Of a stretch of 64,000 nt of DNA, positions 35,630 through 45,728 are shown piece after piece (positions within the stretch are counted from its first letter, which is position 1; every line of letters begins with the position of its first letter). This DNA is from a virus. The stretch covers positions 32,001-96,000 of the IMG/VR virus record IMGVR_UViG_3300027741_000029; one strand, written 5' to 3'. Position numbers and translations under genes: made by a program. Below the pieces are notes generated by a model. The model was given only the letters and a program-made list of their open reading frames with translations, ran no database searches and was not told the origin of the DNA.

Positions 35630-35658
35630 AAAGGGCTAGAAAATTTCTAGCCCTTTTT
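35630..35658 (+). terminator. Intrinsic terminator
   Basis: AAAGGGCTAGA-AAATT-TCTAGCCCTTT followed by TT. Confidence 0.85.
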
Positions 35659-35695
35659 CTTTATAGTTAAATACTAATATAATACGGAGATTAAT

Positions 35696-35920
35696 ATGAC
35701 TGACACAACAACCACAGAAGTATCTGCTGAGCAAACACCACCAAGCATTGCCATTAATGACATTGCTTTTCTTGTACAAATTGTGGAGATTGTTGCACAG
35801 CGTGGCGCTTTCCGTGCCGAAGAATTAACCAGCGTTGGTGCTGTATACGACAAGGTAAAGGCATTTATTGTTGCTAATACCCCACAACCTGCACCAGCAG
35901 TTCAATCAACAGAGGAATAA
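35696..35920 (+). CDS. Small hypothetical protein
   Basis: TAAATA and GGAG upstream. Confidence 0.7.
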   Translation: MTDTTTTEVSAEQTPPSIAINDIAFLVQIVEIVAQRGAFRAEELTSVGAVYDKVKAFIVANTPQPAPAVQSTEE

Positions 35921-35925
35921 AATCA

Positions 35926-36615
35926 ATGAGTTTTTTTAAACACGTAGGAACTGTCAATAACAAGAAGGTAATCATTGTTCAACGCCAGTTGAACGGCGAT
36001 GAAGCGCATATGGCAGTAGTAATTTATAGTGGTATTATGCCAAGCAAGTACCATGATGATGTTATGAAATTGCTAGAAAGTCCAGAAGGACAGGCTGCTT
36101 ATGAGTTTCGTGATATCCTAGAACGTCGCATGATGGCAGATGGTCAAAACATGCTACAAGCCCTAAGTCACGAAAATTATCTAAAGCGTGTACCAGCGAA
36201 CAATGTTATTGTTACACCAAACAGCAAGAGCAGCATGCGTCTTGACGAACTTACCAAATTGTTAAACCAAGTTGGTAGAGGAGATGAGGCAGTTAAACAA
36301 CTTGACCGTATGGAAAATCAATTAGGCTATGCTGATCCAGCAAAGGCAGCTTTGACTGATAGTCAAGTTGCAGAAAGTGTTTCACTTGCTGATATGGGCA
36401 TTGATGTAGCAGCAGAGAATGCTAAGTTAAGTGCTCCAGTTGCTGCTGCACCAGCACCAATCGATCAAACTGCACTTATGATGCAGATGATGCAAACTAT
36501 GCAAGCGATGCAACAACAGATTGCTTCACTATCTGGTAACAAGGCACCAGCACCTGCTAAGGCAGCACCGAAGGCTGCTAAGGCAAAGACTGCTAAGACC
36601 GCAGCACGTGCCTAA
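35926..36615 (+). CDS. Hypothetical protein with Ala/Lys-rich tail
   Basis: 229 aa, GAGG RBS. Confidence 0.7.
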   Translation: MSFFKHVGTVNNKKVIIVQRQLNGDEAHMAVVIYSGIMPSKYHDDVMKLLESPEGQAAYEFRDILERRMMADGQNMLQALSHENYLKRVPANNVIVTPNSKSSMRLDELTKLLNQVGRGDEAVKQLDRMENQLGYADPAKAALTDSQVAESVSLADMGIDVAAENAKLSAPVAAAPAPIDQTALMMQMMQTMQAMQQQIASLSGNKAPAPAKAAPKAAKAKTAKTAARA

Positions 36616-36916
36616 TAACACGAAGTTCAGTGATGAATTTTATGAGCGATGGGAACATCTGATTTCAACAGTTGAGATTTCAGAAGTTCCCATGCGTTTT
36701 ATAAAAGAAGTATGTGTAAAACTTGATACAGGTGAAACTCATAGTTTTGATATTGGATTAATGTTAAATCGTGGATATGATCCAGAAACACTTGAAGAAA
36801 TTGTTCAAGAATATCTGGATGCCCACGATGATTTAATTGATGTAGTAGACTTCCATCTTAACCTACCTGCAATTGCCGAAGAGGTTGAAGGTAGAACTAA
36901 CGAATTATTGGACTAA
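36608..36916 (+). CDS. Acidic hypothetical protein
   Basis: Probable GTG start (VPNNTK) overlapping previous stop. Confidence 0.6.
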   Translation: MPNNTKFSDEFYERWEHLISTVEISEVPMRFIKEVCVKLDTGETHSFDIGLMLNRGYDPETLEEIVQEYLDAHDDLIDVVDFHLNLPAIAEEVEGRTNELLD

Positions 36917-37413
36917 TGATTAAAGCTATCTTTGCTGTGGATCGTAATGGCGGCTTGGGGCATGGCGGAACACTGCCATGGCCTCACGATAAACAAGATA
37001 TGCAATGGTTCTCTTCTAATACTCGCAATCATATCGTTGTAATGGGCAGCAACACCTGGTTAGACCCAAAGATGCCCAAACCGCTACCAGATCGTCATTG
37101 TTGTGTTGTGACCAATCAACCTGTTGATAGTTTTCGTGATGCGCATACTATTATTCATGGAAACTATATTGAACAAAGTTTAGCAGTTATCAAAGCACAA
37201 AATTCCGATAAAGATATATGGATTATTGGTGGTGGTAAACTCATAAACAGCACCAAACACCTTTTCAAAGAAATATATCTTACAGTATTTGATGATGATT
37301 ATAATTGCGATGTAAGCATAGATGTGGTAGAATTACTACAGAATTTCCAAATGGATTGGGAAACCTACGGCAAAGATAAAGTATTTCAGGTGTGGAAACG
37401 TGCAAAATTATAA
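36916..37413 (+). CDS. folA: Dihydrofolate reductase
   Basis: IFAVD..GGLG..GTLPW..D..F..VMGSNTW..PLPDR..IIGGG. Confidence 0.93.
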   Translation: MIKAIFAVDRNGGLGHGGTLPWPHDKQDMQWFSSNTRNHIVVMGSNTWLDPKMPKPLPDRHCCVVTNQPVDSFRDAHTIIHGNYIEQSLAVIKAQNSDKDIWIIGGGKLINSTKHLFKEIYLTVFDDDYNCDVSIDVVELLQNFQMDWETYGKDKVFQVWKRAKL

Positions 37414-38284
37414 TGAATTATGTAAGAAAATTATTTTAACTGGACCACAAAGCATTGACAGAACCGGCGTTGGAACTGTCAGTTTATTTGGTGAACAGCT
37501 ACGATTTAATCTACAAGAAGGATTTCCAGCAGTTACAACAAAGCGTCTTGCGTGGAAAAGTGTAGTTAGCGAACTGCTGTGGTTTATAGAAGGTAGTGGC
37601 GATGAACGACGATTGGCAGAGATATTACACGGCACGAGAGATGAAGCAAAGAAAACCATATGGACTGCAAATGCTCGTGCAAGCTATTGGCTTCCAAAGT
37701 CTCGTTATCCTGGCGATTTGGGTCGTGTATATGGTGTACAATGGCGTCATTGGCGTTATGTAGATGAGAATACTCCCCCATTTAAAGAAGGTGCATTAAA
37801 AAGAAACTATGACGAAGTTGATCAGTTAAAAGAATTAATTGATGGTTTGATTGCAGAACCTACTGGTCGCCGTCATATTTTAACAGCATGGAATCCCGGT
37901 GAACTAAAGGAAATGGCGCTACCACCTTGCCATATGTTTGCACAGTTTTATATTCGCAATAACATACTGTCTTGTCAAATGTATCAACGCAGTGCAGATT
38001 TGTTTTTGGGTGTGCCATTTAACATTGCAAGTTATGCGCTACTCACGCACCTAGTTGCCAAAACTATCGGTGTACAAGTAGGTGAACTTATCTTAACATT
38101 CGGTGATGTTCATATCTACAATAACCATGTTGAACAGGTTATGGAACAGTTACGTCGTGAACCATATCCTCTTCCATTTCTTGATTTAAGTGATGTCAAG
38201 GATATTTGGAGTGCACAAATGGAAGATATTCGTTTGATGAATTACCAACATCATCCAGCAATTGTAGCAGAAATGGCGGTCTAA
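37400..38284 (+). CDS. thyA: Thymidylate synthase (canonical dUMP type)
   Basis: DRTGVGT, LPPCH, YQRSADLFLGVPFNIASY, GDVHIY. Confidence 0.96.
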   Translation: MQNYNELCKKIILTGPQSIDRTGVGTVSLFGEQLRFNLQEGFPAVTTKRLAWKSVVSELLWFIEGSGDERRLAEILHGTRDEAKKTIWTANARASYWLPKSRYPGDLGRVYGVQWRHWRYVDENTPPFKEGALKRNYDEVDQLKELIDGLIAEPTGRRHILTAWNPGELKEMALPPCHMFAQFYIRNNILSCQMYQRSADLFLGVPFNIASYALLTHLVAKTIGVQVGELILTFGDVHIYNNHVEQVMEQLRREPYPLPFLDLSDVKDIWSAQMEDIRLMNYQHHPAIVAEMAV

Positions 38285-38285
38285 C

Positions 38286-39161
38286 ATGCACGTATTAGTT
38301 ACAGGCGGCTTTGGTTTTATTGGGCATCATGTTGTAAAACGTTTAAAGGATGGTGGTCATCAGGTTACTATCATTGATGATTTGCGTTTTATCAACACTG
38401 AACTTTATATGGCACGTGGGCGATATATGGATTTTGCATATGATGATTGGATCAATGCAGACTGTACGAGCACTATTATTCAGGATGTAGACGTGATTGT
38501 TCACCTTGCTTGCCACCCCAATCAAGCATCCTTTGCCAGAGATGGCGTAGCAGCATGGAAGAACGCTATCCAAAGCACCTTACATATGCTGACTGCCTAC
38601 CCTAATGCAAAGATGGTGTATATTTCTAGCAGCATGGTTTATAGTGATTGGAGCGGTGTAATTGGTGAAGATGCGCCACTAAAACCTATCAATGATTATG
38701 GCAAGGCTAAACAAGAATGTGAGCAATTAGTCAGGGTTATTGCTAAACGTTGGGTAATTATTCGTCCAACTGCTGTATATGGTAATCGTGATGATGGCAA
38801 TCGTGTTATCTCTAAATGGGTTAAAGCTGCAGCAAATCAAGAACCAATTCATGTAGATGATCCACATGCTACACTTGATTTTACCTACGTAGAAGACACT
38901 GCACAGGCAATTGCCAATGCTGCAATGTTTGATACCAATAATTTAATTGCCAATGTAAGTTATGGTCAAGCAAGAACTCTGCAAGACGCAATTGATATTA
39001 TCAAAGGTTGGACCAACACACAGAGTGAAATCGTGTATGGTGATGGTATACCATTTAATATGCCAAGGCGTGGTGCTATGGATATTCGCCGTGCTGTGCA
39101 GTATCTTGGATACACACCAAAGGTTAGTCTAGAAGACGGTATACAGAAACTTATTAAATGA
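38286..39161 (+). CDS. NAD-dependent epimerase/dehydratase
   Basis: VTGGFGFIG, SSS, YGKAK (YxxxK), RPTAVYG, DFTYVED. Confidence 0.9.
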   Translation: MHVLVTGGFGFIGHHVVKRLKDGGHQVTIIDDLRFINTELYMARGRYMDFAYDDWINADCTSTIIQDVDVIVHLACHPNQASFARDGVAAWKNAIQSTLHMLTAYPNAKMVYISSSMVYSDWSGVIGEDAPLKPINDYGKAKQECEQLVRVIAKRWVIIRPTAVYGNRDDGNRVISKWVKAAANQEPIHVDDPHATLDFTYVEDTAQAIANAAMFDTNNLIANVSYGQARTLQDAIDIIKGWTNTQSEIVYGDGIPFNMPRRGAMDIRRAVQYLGYTPKVSLEDGIQKLIK

Positions 39162-40225
39162 ATATTCCATTTACAGATTTACAATCACAATATCAGGAAG
39201 CCAAGAGTAGCATTGATGCAGCGATTGCGCACACGATTGCTACCAACAGCTTTATCACTGGTCCTGATGTAATCAAGTTTGAAACTACCCTAGCTGAATA
39301 TCTTGGTGTGCCAGCCGTTGCTAGCACAGGTAGTTGCACAACCGCCCTACAAGTGGCTCTTAAAGCATGTGATATAGGCATCGGTGACGAAGTTATAACC
39401 ACCAGCCATACATTTGTAAGTACCGTAGAGGCTATTGTTAATATTGGTGCCATACCTGTTATGATCGATATTGATGAATTTTATCAATTATCGCCTTACG
39501 AGTTAAAGAAACATATTACTCCAAAAACAAAAGCCATACTTGCAATGGATGCGTATGGACAAAGCTGCGATATTCATGCTCTTCGCTATTATGCAGACGA
39601 GTATGGATTAAAACTTATCAATGATAGTGCACACAGTTTTGGTAGTGCTATTATGAATATTGCTGATCTTAACTGCTTCTCGTTTAATCCTATCAAGAAC
39701 TTTGGAGCAATGGGCGATGCTGGTGCGGTTGTGGGCAAACCTGAACTAATAGAACGTGCCAGAATGTTCCGTGATCACGGACGCAATACCAAGTTTGTGT
39801 TTGAAGAAATTGGATACAATGCTAGAATTGATAACTTACAAGCCAACATTCTTCTTGCTAAACTTCCATACTTGAAAGAATGGAATGAAGGTCGCAAACG
39901 TGTTGCCGCAAGATATGATGTTGAATTAAACCATGTTGTGAAGACACCAAAGAAATCTGGATTAAGTGATCATGTTTATTATGTATATGTCATTGAAGTT
40001 GAAAACCGTGATGACTTTGCAGCATACTTAAAAGAATGCGGTATAGCAACCAATATCCATTATCCTATACCGTGTCATATGCAACCAGCATTTAGCAAGT
40101 ATAACGCATCTCTGCCCAACTGTGAAAGTGCAAGCAAGCGTATCCTAAGTTTGCCATGCTATCATACGCTAACAGAAGCACAACAAGATTATATTATCGA
40201 CAAAATTTGGGAGTGGCAAGCATGA
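39158..40225 (+). CDS. DegT/DnrJ/EryC1/StrS PLP-dependent sugar aminotransferase
   Basis: SCTTAL, DSAH, FSFNPIKNFGAMGDAG, GYNARID. Confidence 0.92.
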   Translation: MNIPFTDLQSQYQEAKSSIDAAIAHTIATNSFITGPDVIKFETTLAEYLGVPAVASTGSCTTALQVALKACDIGIGDEVITTSHTFVSTVEAIVNIGAIPVMIDIDEFYQLSPYELKKHITPKTKAILAMDAYGQSCDIHALRYYADEYGLKLINDSAHSFGSAIMNIADLNCFSFNPIKNFGAMGDAGAVVGKPELIERARMFRDHGRNTKFVFEEIGYNARIDNLQANILLAKLPYLKEWNEGRKRVAARYDVELNHVVKTPKKSGLSDHVYYVYVIEVENRDDFAAYLKECGIATNIHYPIPCHMQPAFSKYNASLPNCESASKRILSLPCYHTLTEAQQDYIIDKIWEWQA

Positions 40226-41097
40226 AGATTTGGTTAGTAGGTTCGGGTTATTGGGGAAGTAAGATTGCAACCAAGTTGGAAAAACTACAAATAGATTACT
40301 CTATCATTGATATTAAAAATGGTCAAACGATAAATGACATTGACACTCTTGATCCTGTTATGTTGGCAACACCGCTATGGGATCACTATGAACAAGCAAA
40401 GTATCTTATTGATCGTGGACATGATGTTTATATTGAAAAACCAGCCGCTGAAAACTATGACCAAATAGCAGAACTTGTTAAACTGACAAAAGATAATATT
40501 GTAATGGTTGGACACATTTATATGTATAATCCAATCCTACATAAACTCAAAGACCTTATTGATAGCGGTAGACTTGGCGAGGTTCAATTTGTTAATAGCG
40601 TTCGCACTAATCTTGGCATTTACCAAACTAAGACAACTCCGCTGCTAAGTTTAGCACCACATGATTTTACTATTGTAAGTTATCTGTTAGGCGATTTGCA
40701 TGTTCGTAGTGCACAAGGATTTAAGTACAGTCCTAACAGTCCATATCCTGACCGTGTGCTAGTTAATGGAACAAACTGGCATATTGATGTTAGTTGGCTG
40801 CATCCTGAACGCAAACGTGAGGTCACTGTTATCGGTGATAAGGCACAAGCAATATGGAATGATGACACAAGAACACTGCGTATATATGAGAACAATATTG
40901 TAGGTGCCAAACTCCATTTAAATGATCCAGATGAGTATTGGGATTTTAATAATTTACCAGACCCACTAGAAAATGAATTAGCACATTTTATTAATTGTGT
41001 TGAAACTCGTGCTACGCCAGATAGTGATTTAAAATATGCTAGAAAAATTGCAGATTATATTGATATTGCACACTTTTTATTGGACATCACCATATAA
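40222..41097 (+). CDS. Gfo/Idh/MocA family oxidoreductase
   Basis: VGSGYWG, ATP..H, HDVYIEKP, MVGH, LAPHD; start at MKIWLV. Confidence 0.88.
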   Translation: MKIWLVGSGYWGSKIATKLEKLQIDYSIIDIKNGQTINDIDTLDPVMLATPLWDHYEQAKYLIDRGHDVYIEKPAAENYDQIAELVKLTKDNIVMVGHIYMYNPILHKLKDLIDSGRLGEVQFVNSVRTNLGIYQTKTTPLLSLAPHDFTIVSYLLGDLHVRSAQGFKYSPNSPYPDRVLVNGTNWHIDVSWLHPERKREVTVIGDKAQAIWNDDTRTLRIYENNIVGAKLHLNDPDEYWDFNNLPDPLENELAHFINCVETRATPDSDLKYARKIADYIDIAHFLLDITI

Positions 41098-42630
41098 TTG
41101 AGTAAAGTGATTGCGCAACCATTCCCAACGAAATGTGTTGCGACGAATCTCTGGCGTATCCATGTTATCTTCATAGAAACGTACACCATCATTAGCACCA
41201 CGTAATGCCCATTCAGCATAATTACCATTAGCAATCGTGTGCCAAATATGTAATCTATATTGTGTTTCAACGTTTGGCATTGTATCTGTAAATTCACGAA
41301 GTTTGTGTGCTTCACGAAACGCTGTTCTCCAAGTATGATAAGGAGAAGCATTGAAAGAACCATAGCAAGAAACAATAGGCACAACTTCGTGATCAAAACT
41401 CAAGGTATAATCAGTGCCAAACTCGCCAAATGGTGGAGCATTTAGCACCATATCCCGATTATATAATACGATTCCCATGTGACCATAACGCAAACCATTA
41501 ACAGTGTTCTCACTATAAAATATATAGTGTTTGGGTTTTTGCCAATAGTCAGCACCAATGTCAAAATTAAATGTTGGATGAATTTCAGTCTTGGCAAATA
41601 CAGCATAGAAGTACGGCGTATCAGATTTGCCTGCTGCTGCTTTAAGAGCATTTTCCATTCCGCTAACACCATGAACTCGTTTAGCACGTGGAAATTTTTC
41701 TACTAGTTTATACCAGTTGGCATCTGCTTCTGGTTCATCATAGGATATAAAAATAATATCATTGAGTGCATCAAACCCATATTGCGGATAACGTAGCAGA
41801 TGTGGGTATTCATATAGTTCATCTTTTACAATGCAATCTCGTGGCACAAGCGTGGTGCTATTGTTTTTATTGATGCTAATTACTGGTCTTTTATCCCATA
41901 AGCAAACATCTGGATAATCAACAAATCCAGTATGCGAGTAAACAGTGTATATGGCATTTAATCTGTTAGTTAGATTAAGTTCTCTTGCCAAACTATCTTG
42001 TGTAATTTTAATATTTGGCCAACGTTTGCGTTTTATTGGCACATGATCAAAATTATAATTTTGTTCGCCTCTCTTATAAGCATCTGCATTTATTAAAAAG
42101 GTATCGCCCTTCTCACAGGTTCCACTTGGCCAACAATGGATATAGTTCATATCATGATTGCTAGGCAACCAACTAAAATCAAATCCATCATAATCACAGC
42201 AATCTGCTATAATCCATAACCAAGGTTTTGTGCATTTATTAACAGCAGAATCAATCGCTGCTTGCATGGTGGTTATTAAACGAACTTGAAAATCTACCGA
42301 ATGTGTATTATCAAAACTATTAGTGTTTAACAAACATGTATCATAATATTTGTTATCACTTGCAGACAATATTTCATCGTGATGTACGGTTCCGTTATCA
42401 TTATCTACTGGTATCAACCATGTTGAATAATGTTGCGCATTGTTATGGCTTGGCCAAGCATGTTTATATTGTAACTGATGGCGGTTAGGCATCCAACGAA
42501 AATTAAACTTGCTATAATCTACATCACGATTAGCAAGCCATACATATTCTGTTTTGCTACATTGTTTTGCTTTCGCAATTAAAATTTCAATATCACCATC
42601 ACTATAATCATACCAAACTATATCAAACAT
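41077..42630 (-). CDS. Glycosyltransferase-like protein with three degenerate repeats
   Basis: C-terminal domain paralogous to 53898-54836 (IFISYDEP..NW..AKRVHGV); repeated W..D..F.F.W.P...H.W. Confidence 0.55.
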   Translation of the reverse strand: MFDIVWYDYSDGDIEILIAKAKQCSKTEYVWLANRDVDYSKFNFRWMPNRHQLQYKHAWPSHNNAQHYSTWLIPVDNDNGTVHHDEILSASDNKYYDTCLLNTNSFDNTHSVDFQVRLITTMQAAIDSAVNKCTKPWLWIIADCCDYDGFDFSWLPSNHDMNYIHCWPSGTCEKGDTFLINADAYKRGEQNYNFDHVPIKRKRWPNIKITQDSLARELNLTNRLNAIYTVYSHTGFVDYPDVCLWDKRPVISINKNNSTTLVPRDCIVKDELYEYPHLLRYPQYGFDALNDIIFISYDEPEADANWYKLVEKFPRAKRVHGVSGMENALKAAAGKSDTPYFYAVFAKTEIHPTFNFDIGADYWQKPKHYIFYSENTVNGLRYGHMGIVLYNRDMVLNAPPFGEFGTDYTLSFDHEVVPIVSCYGSFNASPYHTWRTAFREAHKLREFTDTMPNVETQYRLHIWHTIANGNYAEWALRGANDGVRFYEDNMDTPEIRRNTFRWEWLRNHFTQLYGDVQ

Positions 42631-43735
42631 GGCTATTATAACCAGGCATCAAATAATCAATTTGACGTTGTTCATGGTCTGCATCAGCCCAACTATAATC
42701 ATATATTGCCTTGATGCCATCCACTTCTATAGAATAGATATCAAGTTTATCACCCATAACATCCCAAATTTTGAAAATATCATGTGTTCCAAAACTGCGT
42801 TCTAAATCAATATGTCCAAGTTCAAGATAACCTAGACTTAGATTAGTATCTTGTGGATCATAACCTTCACGAACTAACCATTCATTAAATTTAACCACTT
42901 CTTCTCGTAGCCAAGGACTTAAATTCATCGTAACATCACGACCCCACTCAATATCAAACTCACCGCTATAATATTGTAAATGTGTGATAGCATCACAGGT
43001 TGCTTGGTCTAATACGGGAGCGCCTTCATCACGAAATACTTCCATAAGTGTTTTGCCAATCTGTGTCCAATGCATATAAACATGTGCAAACCTGCGATCA
43101 TGTCCATTTACAGTAAATCCTTCACGATGCTCTGCAGTTAGATTATAACGAGTAGCATTTAAAAAAGTAGTAATTTGAGATGGACGAATCCATTCAGGTT
43201 TAAATCTTTGCTTGCGTAAACTTAAACAAAGTGTTTCAATTTCATGACACAGATTGTTAACTTGCCTAATACTATATTTTACATTTGGAGGCGCAAGTTT
43301 ATAGTACAAACTTAAATTTTCAACCGTGCCTTGTAAGTGTTCAAAATAATTATGGACTTCATTCATTACTTCGTGATTTGGTCCACCGCTACTAGGATCA
43401 TCTGTTAATGGTAGCATTACAGTTGCGGGTGTGTAGAAAGTTTTAATGTTTATACTATCTAATCCAGCCGATTGCCATACACCAATTTCGTTAAAGGTGT
43501 AAATTCTAAGTGTATGCTTGCGCAATTCTTTGCATAGATAATTAAGGTCACGTGCACCGTTTGGCCAACCATGCCAACAATAATTTTTTTCAAGTTCACT
43601 ATTTTTTTGTAATTCTAATTTAAGAGCAGTAACCCAATCACGTGCTAATCCAGTATCATTTGGTTTAATATAATATGTTAATTTTTCTTCTTTGCGCATG
43701 GGATTGCGCAGCGTTACAGCAATTTCACTCATCAA
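42623..43735 (-). CDS. Hypothetical protein in the radical SAM cluster
   Basis: 370-aa ORF overlapping both neighbours. Confidence 0.7.
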   Translation of the reverse strand: MMSEIAVTLRNPMRKEEKLTYYIKPNDTGLARDWVTALKLELQKNSELEKNYCWHGWPNGARDLNYLCKELRKHTLRIYTFNEIGVWQSAGLDSINIKTFYTPATVMLPLTDDPSSGGPNHEVMNEVHNYFEHLQGTVENLSLYYKLAPPNVKYSIRQVNNLCHEIETLCLSLRKQRFKPEWIRPSQITTFLNATRYNLTAEHREGFTVNGHDRRFAHVYMHWTQIGKTLMEVFRDEGAPVLDQATCDAITHLQYYSGEFDIEWGRDVTMNLSPWLREEVVKFNEWLVREGYDPQDTNLSLGYLELGHIDLERSFGTHDIFKIWDVMGDKLDIYSIEVDGIKAIYDYSWADADHEQRQIDYLMPGYNSHV

Positions 43736-45047
43736 TATTTTTCCACCAATTCAAAACATCTCCAGTTAAGATGTCTTCCATTTTTATTTTAACATCTTTT
43801 CTTAGAGATTCCAATTTTAAAAGATGTGCTTTGCCTTTTATTGCCTCTTGTTTATAATTGTTAGGAAACTGCTCAGCAAACGTAGGGCGAGTTTTAAGAT
43901 GTTCTAACACATCCCAAAGACTTTGTGTACGACGAGTGATGAGCGGTTTAATACGCTCCTGTATGCCCTCTAGGAGTGGTTCTAGGACCGTTCTAGGCAG
44001 CGCAAGAGGGCTGAGTAGTATATCAGGAGAGAAAGCAAATACAACCTTGCTCAACAGTTCTACATTCAGTTCATCGGATAAATTGATAATGCTCTCAAGG
44101 TCGTAAAGACCAGGTAAAGTAAGAGTAAAATCAATACGCATTTGTCTAGGGGTTTTTGAAGATTCAATCCCCCGTCGAAAGCTATTATACCACTCGCTAT
44201 AATTAAGGCCAGTCCTAACATATTCGCCAATTGCTCCTGTTCCATCTAAACTTGCGCATATTTCCCAATGTGGGAAATTTTCAAGAAGTTCCCATAGGGT
44301 TCCTTCTTTATCCTGACAATAACTCAAGTTTGTATTATATCTTACACGAACTTGGTCAGCATAGTCAAGTTCTATTATTCGCCGCATGAATGTCCAATGC
44401 TCATCGTAGAGTAATGGTTCGCCACCTACCCAATAGATTTCACGCACACTTTTATTTTCAATAGCTTCACGAAACTCTGGTATTACTACATCACGAGTAA
44501 AGTCACGAATAGCATGACGGTTTTTAGGTTGCATCCAGTGATTTTTTGGGTTAGACAAATCAACCATATTGTTTTTACGAACTTCAACTTCCCATGCACT
44601 ACTCAACATATCGCCACACATACGGCACTTGAAGTTACATACATTGCTATAGCGATAGTCCCAAGAGATAGGTTCTAAGGTTGTGTAGCCATTGCTATCT
44701 GTAGAAGAAACAATGTCCCCTCGTAAATGCCCAAAGAGGTTCCCAAAATAATCACGATATACAGAAGTGTTAAGCAACTTTTTATCACATACTTCGCAAG
44801 CAGAAGGAACCACACCAGCCAACCACTGTTTTCTAATTTCTCTAATATGTTCGCCATTCCACCAATCTTTTAATGTAAGTGGCGTAAACTTACCATCGCC
44901 ACCAGCAGTATCGATATACTGTTGAAAATTTTGTGCAGGTTCACGAGAAGCACAGCATAGGCGTCTTTCACCGACAGGAGAAATAAATGTGTGCGTAAAT
45001 GGGGCTAGGCAGAAGTCCATAAATTGTTCTTTATTATTTTCTGTCAT
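43725..45047 (-). CDS. Radical SAM protein, N-terminal SPASM/twitch-like domain
   Basis: CNFKCRMC, GGEPL; FCLAPF/LCC/CEVC. Confidence 0.9.
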   Translation of the reverse strand: MTENNKEQFMDFCLAPFTHTFISPVGERRLCCASREPAQNFQQYIDTAGGDGKFTPLTLKDWWNGEHIREIRKQWLAGVVPSACEVCDKKLLNTSVYRDYFGNLFGHLRGDIVSSTDSNGYTTLEPISWDYRYSNVCNFKCRMCGDMLSSAWEVEVRKNNMVDLSNPKNHWMQPKNRHAIRDFTRDVVIPEFREAIENKSVREIYWVGGEPLLYDEHWTFMRRIIELDYADQVRVRYNTNLSYCQDKEGTLWELLENFPHWEICASLDGTGAIGEYVRTGLNYSEWYNSFRRGIESSKTPRQMRIDFTLTLPGLYDLESIINLSDELNVELLSKVVFAFSPDILLSPLALPRTVLEPLLEGIQERIKPLITRRTQSLWDVLEHLKTRPTFAEQFPNNYKQEAIKGKAHLLKLESLRKDVKIKMEDILTGDVLNWWKNIDE

Positions 45048-45066
45048 TATTTGCCTAAATAATAGT

Positions 45067-45116
45067 GTAGGCCACGGACTGCAATCCCGCCTACTCTATG
45101 TTGAAAAGGAACACAG
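45067..45116 (+). promoter_or_regulatory. Two-hairpin leader of the endonuclease gene, second hairpin over the RBS
   Basis: GTAGGC/GCCTAC with inner GGA-CTGCAA-TCC; CTATGTT/AACACAG around GAAAAGG. Confidence 0.55.
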
Positions 45117-45118
45117 CA

Positions 45119-45727
45119 ATGGTATTTAATACCCAACAATTCCCACAAAATTATTATGTCTATGCGTTTTTACGAGAAACTGATTTAACTCCATATTATA
45201 TTGGCAAAGGCATTGGTAAAAGAGCATTTGCAACACACGGCAGAAGAGTTTCTGCCCCCAAAGACAAAAATAGAATAATAATATTATATCAAAATCTTAC
45301 AGAAAATCAAGCATATAATATAGAAATATTGTTGATTGATTTTTATGGACGAGAAGACCTTGGGACTGGTCGTTTATTAAACATGACAAGTGGGGGCGAT
45401 GGTAGAAGTAAAATTATTGTCAAGGAAGAAACAAGAGAAAAACTCAGCAATGCGAGCAAAGGAAAAAATAATCCAATGTTTGGAAAAACTGCATGGAATA
45501 GAGGACAGACAAAAGAAACTAATCAAAAATTAGCAGAGATTGGAAATAAATTGAAGGGGCATAAAGCATGGAATGTTGGAGTTCCACACACCGATGAGGC
45601 AAAAAATAAAATGTCAATTTCCAGAAAGGGTAGAAAATTATCAGAAGAACACAAAAGAAAGTTAAGTGAAAGCAAACGAGGAGATAAAAATCCAAACTTT
45701 GGAAAAATACCGTGGAATAAAAAATAA
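45119..45727 (+). mobile_element. Free-standing GIY-YIG-like homing endonuclease with NUMOD3 repeats, opposite strand to host operon
   Basis: YYVY..PYYIGKG..R..E..LI..G..L.NMTSGGDG; NUMOD3 HTDEAKNKMS and LSEEHKRKLS. Confidence 0.85.
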
Positions 45728-45728
45728 A

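Noticed and set aside
37400-38284. thyA as a base-modifying hydroxymethylase paralog
   Set aside because: Retains the dUMP-specifying Asn in GVPFN and is paired with DHFR; canonical
45074-45090. tRNA-Cys-like anticodon arm (GGACTGCAATCC)
   Set aside because: Loop is 6 nt and there are no D or T arms, acceptor stem or CCA; treated as a leader hairpin
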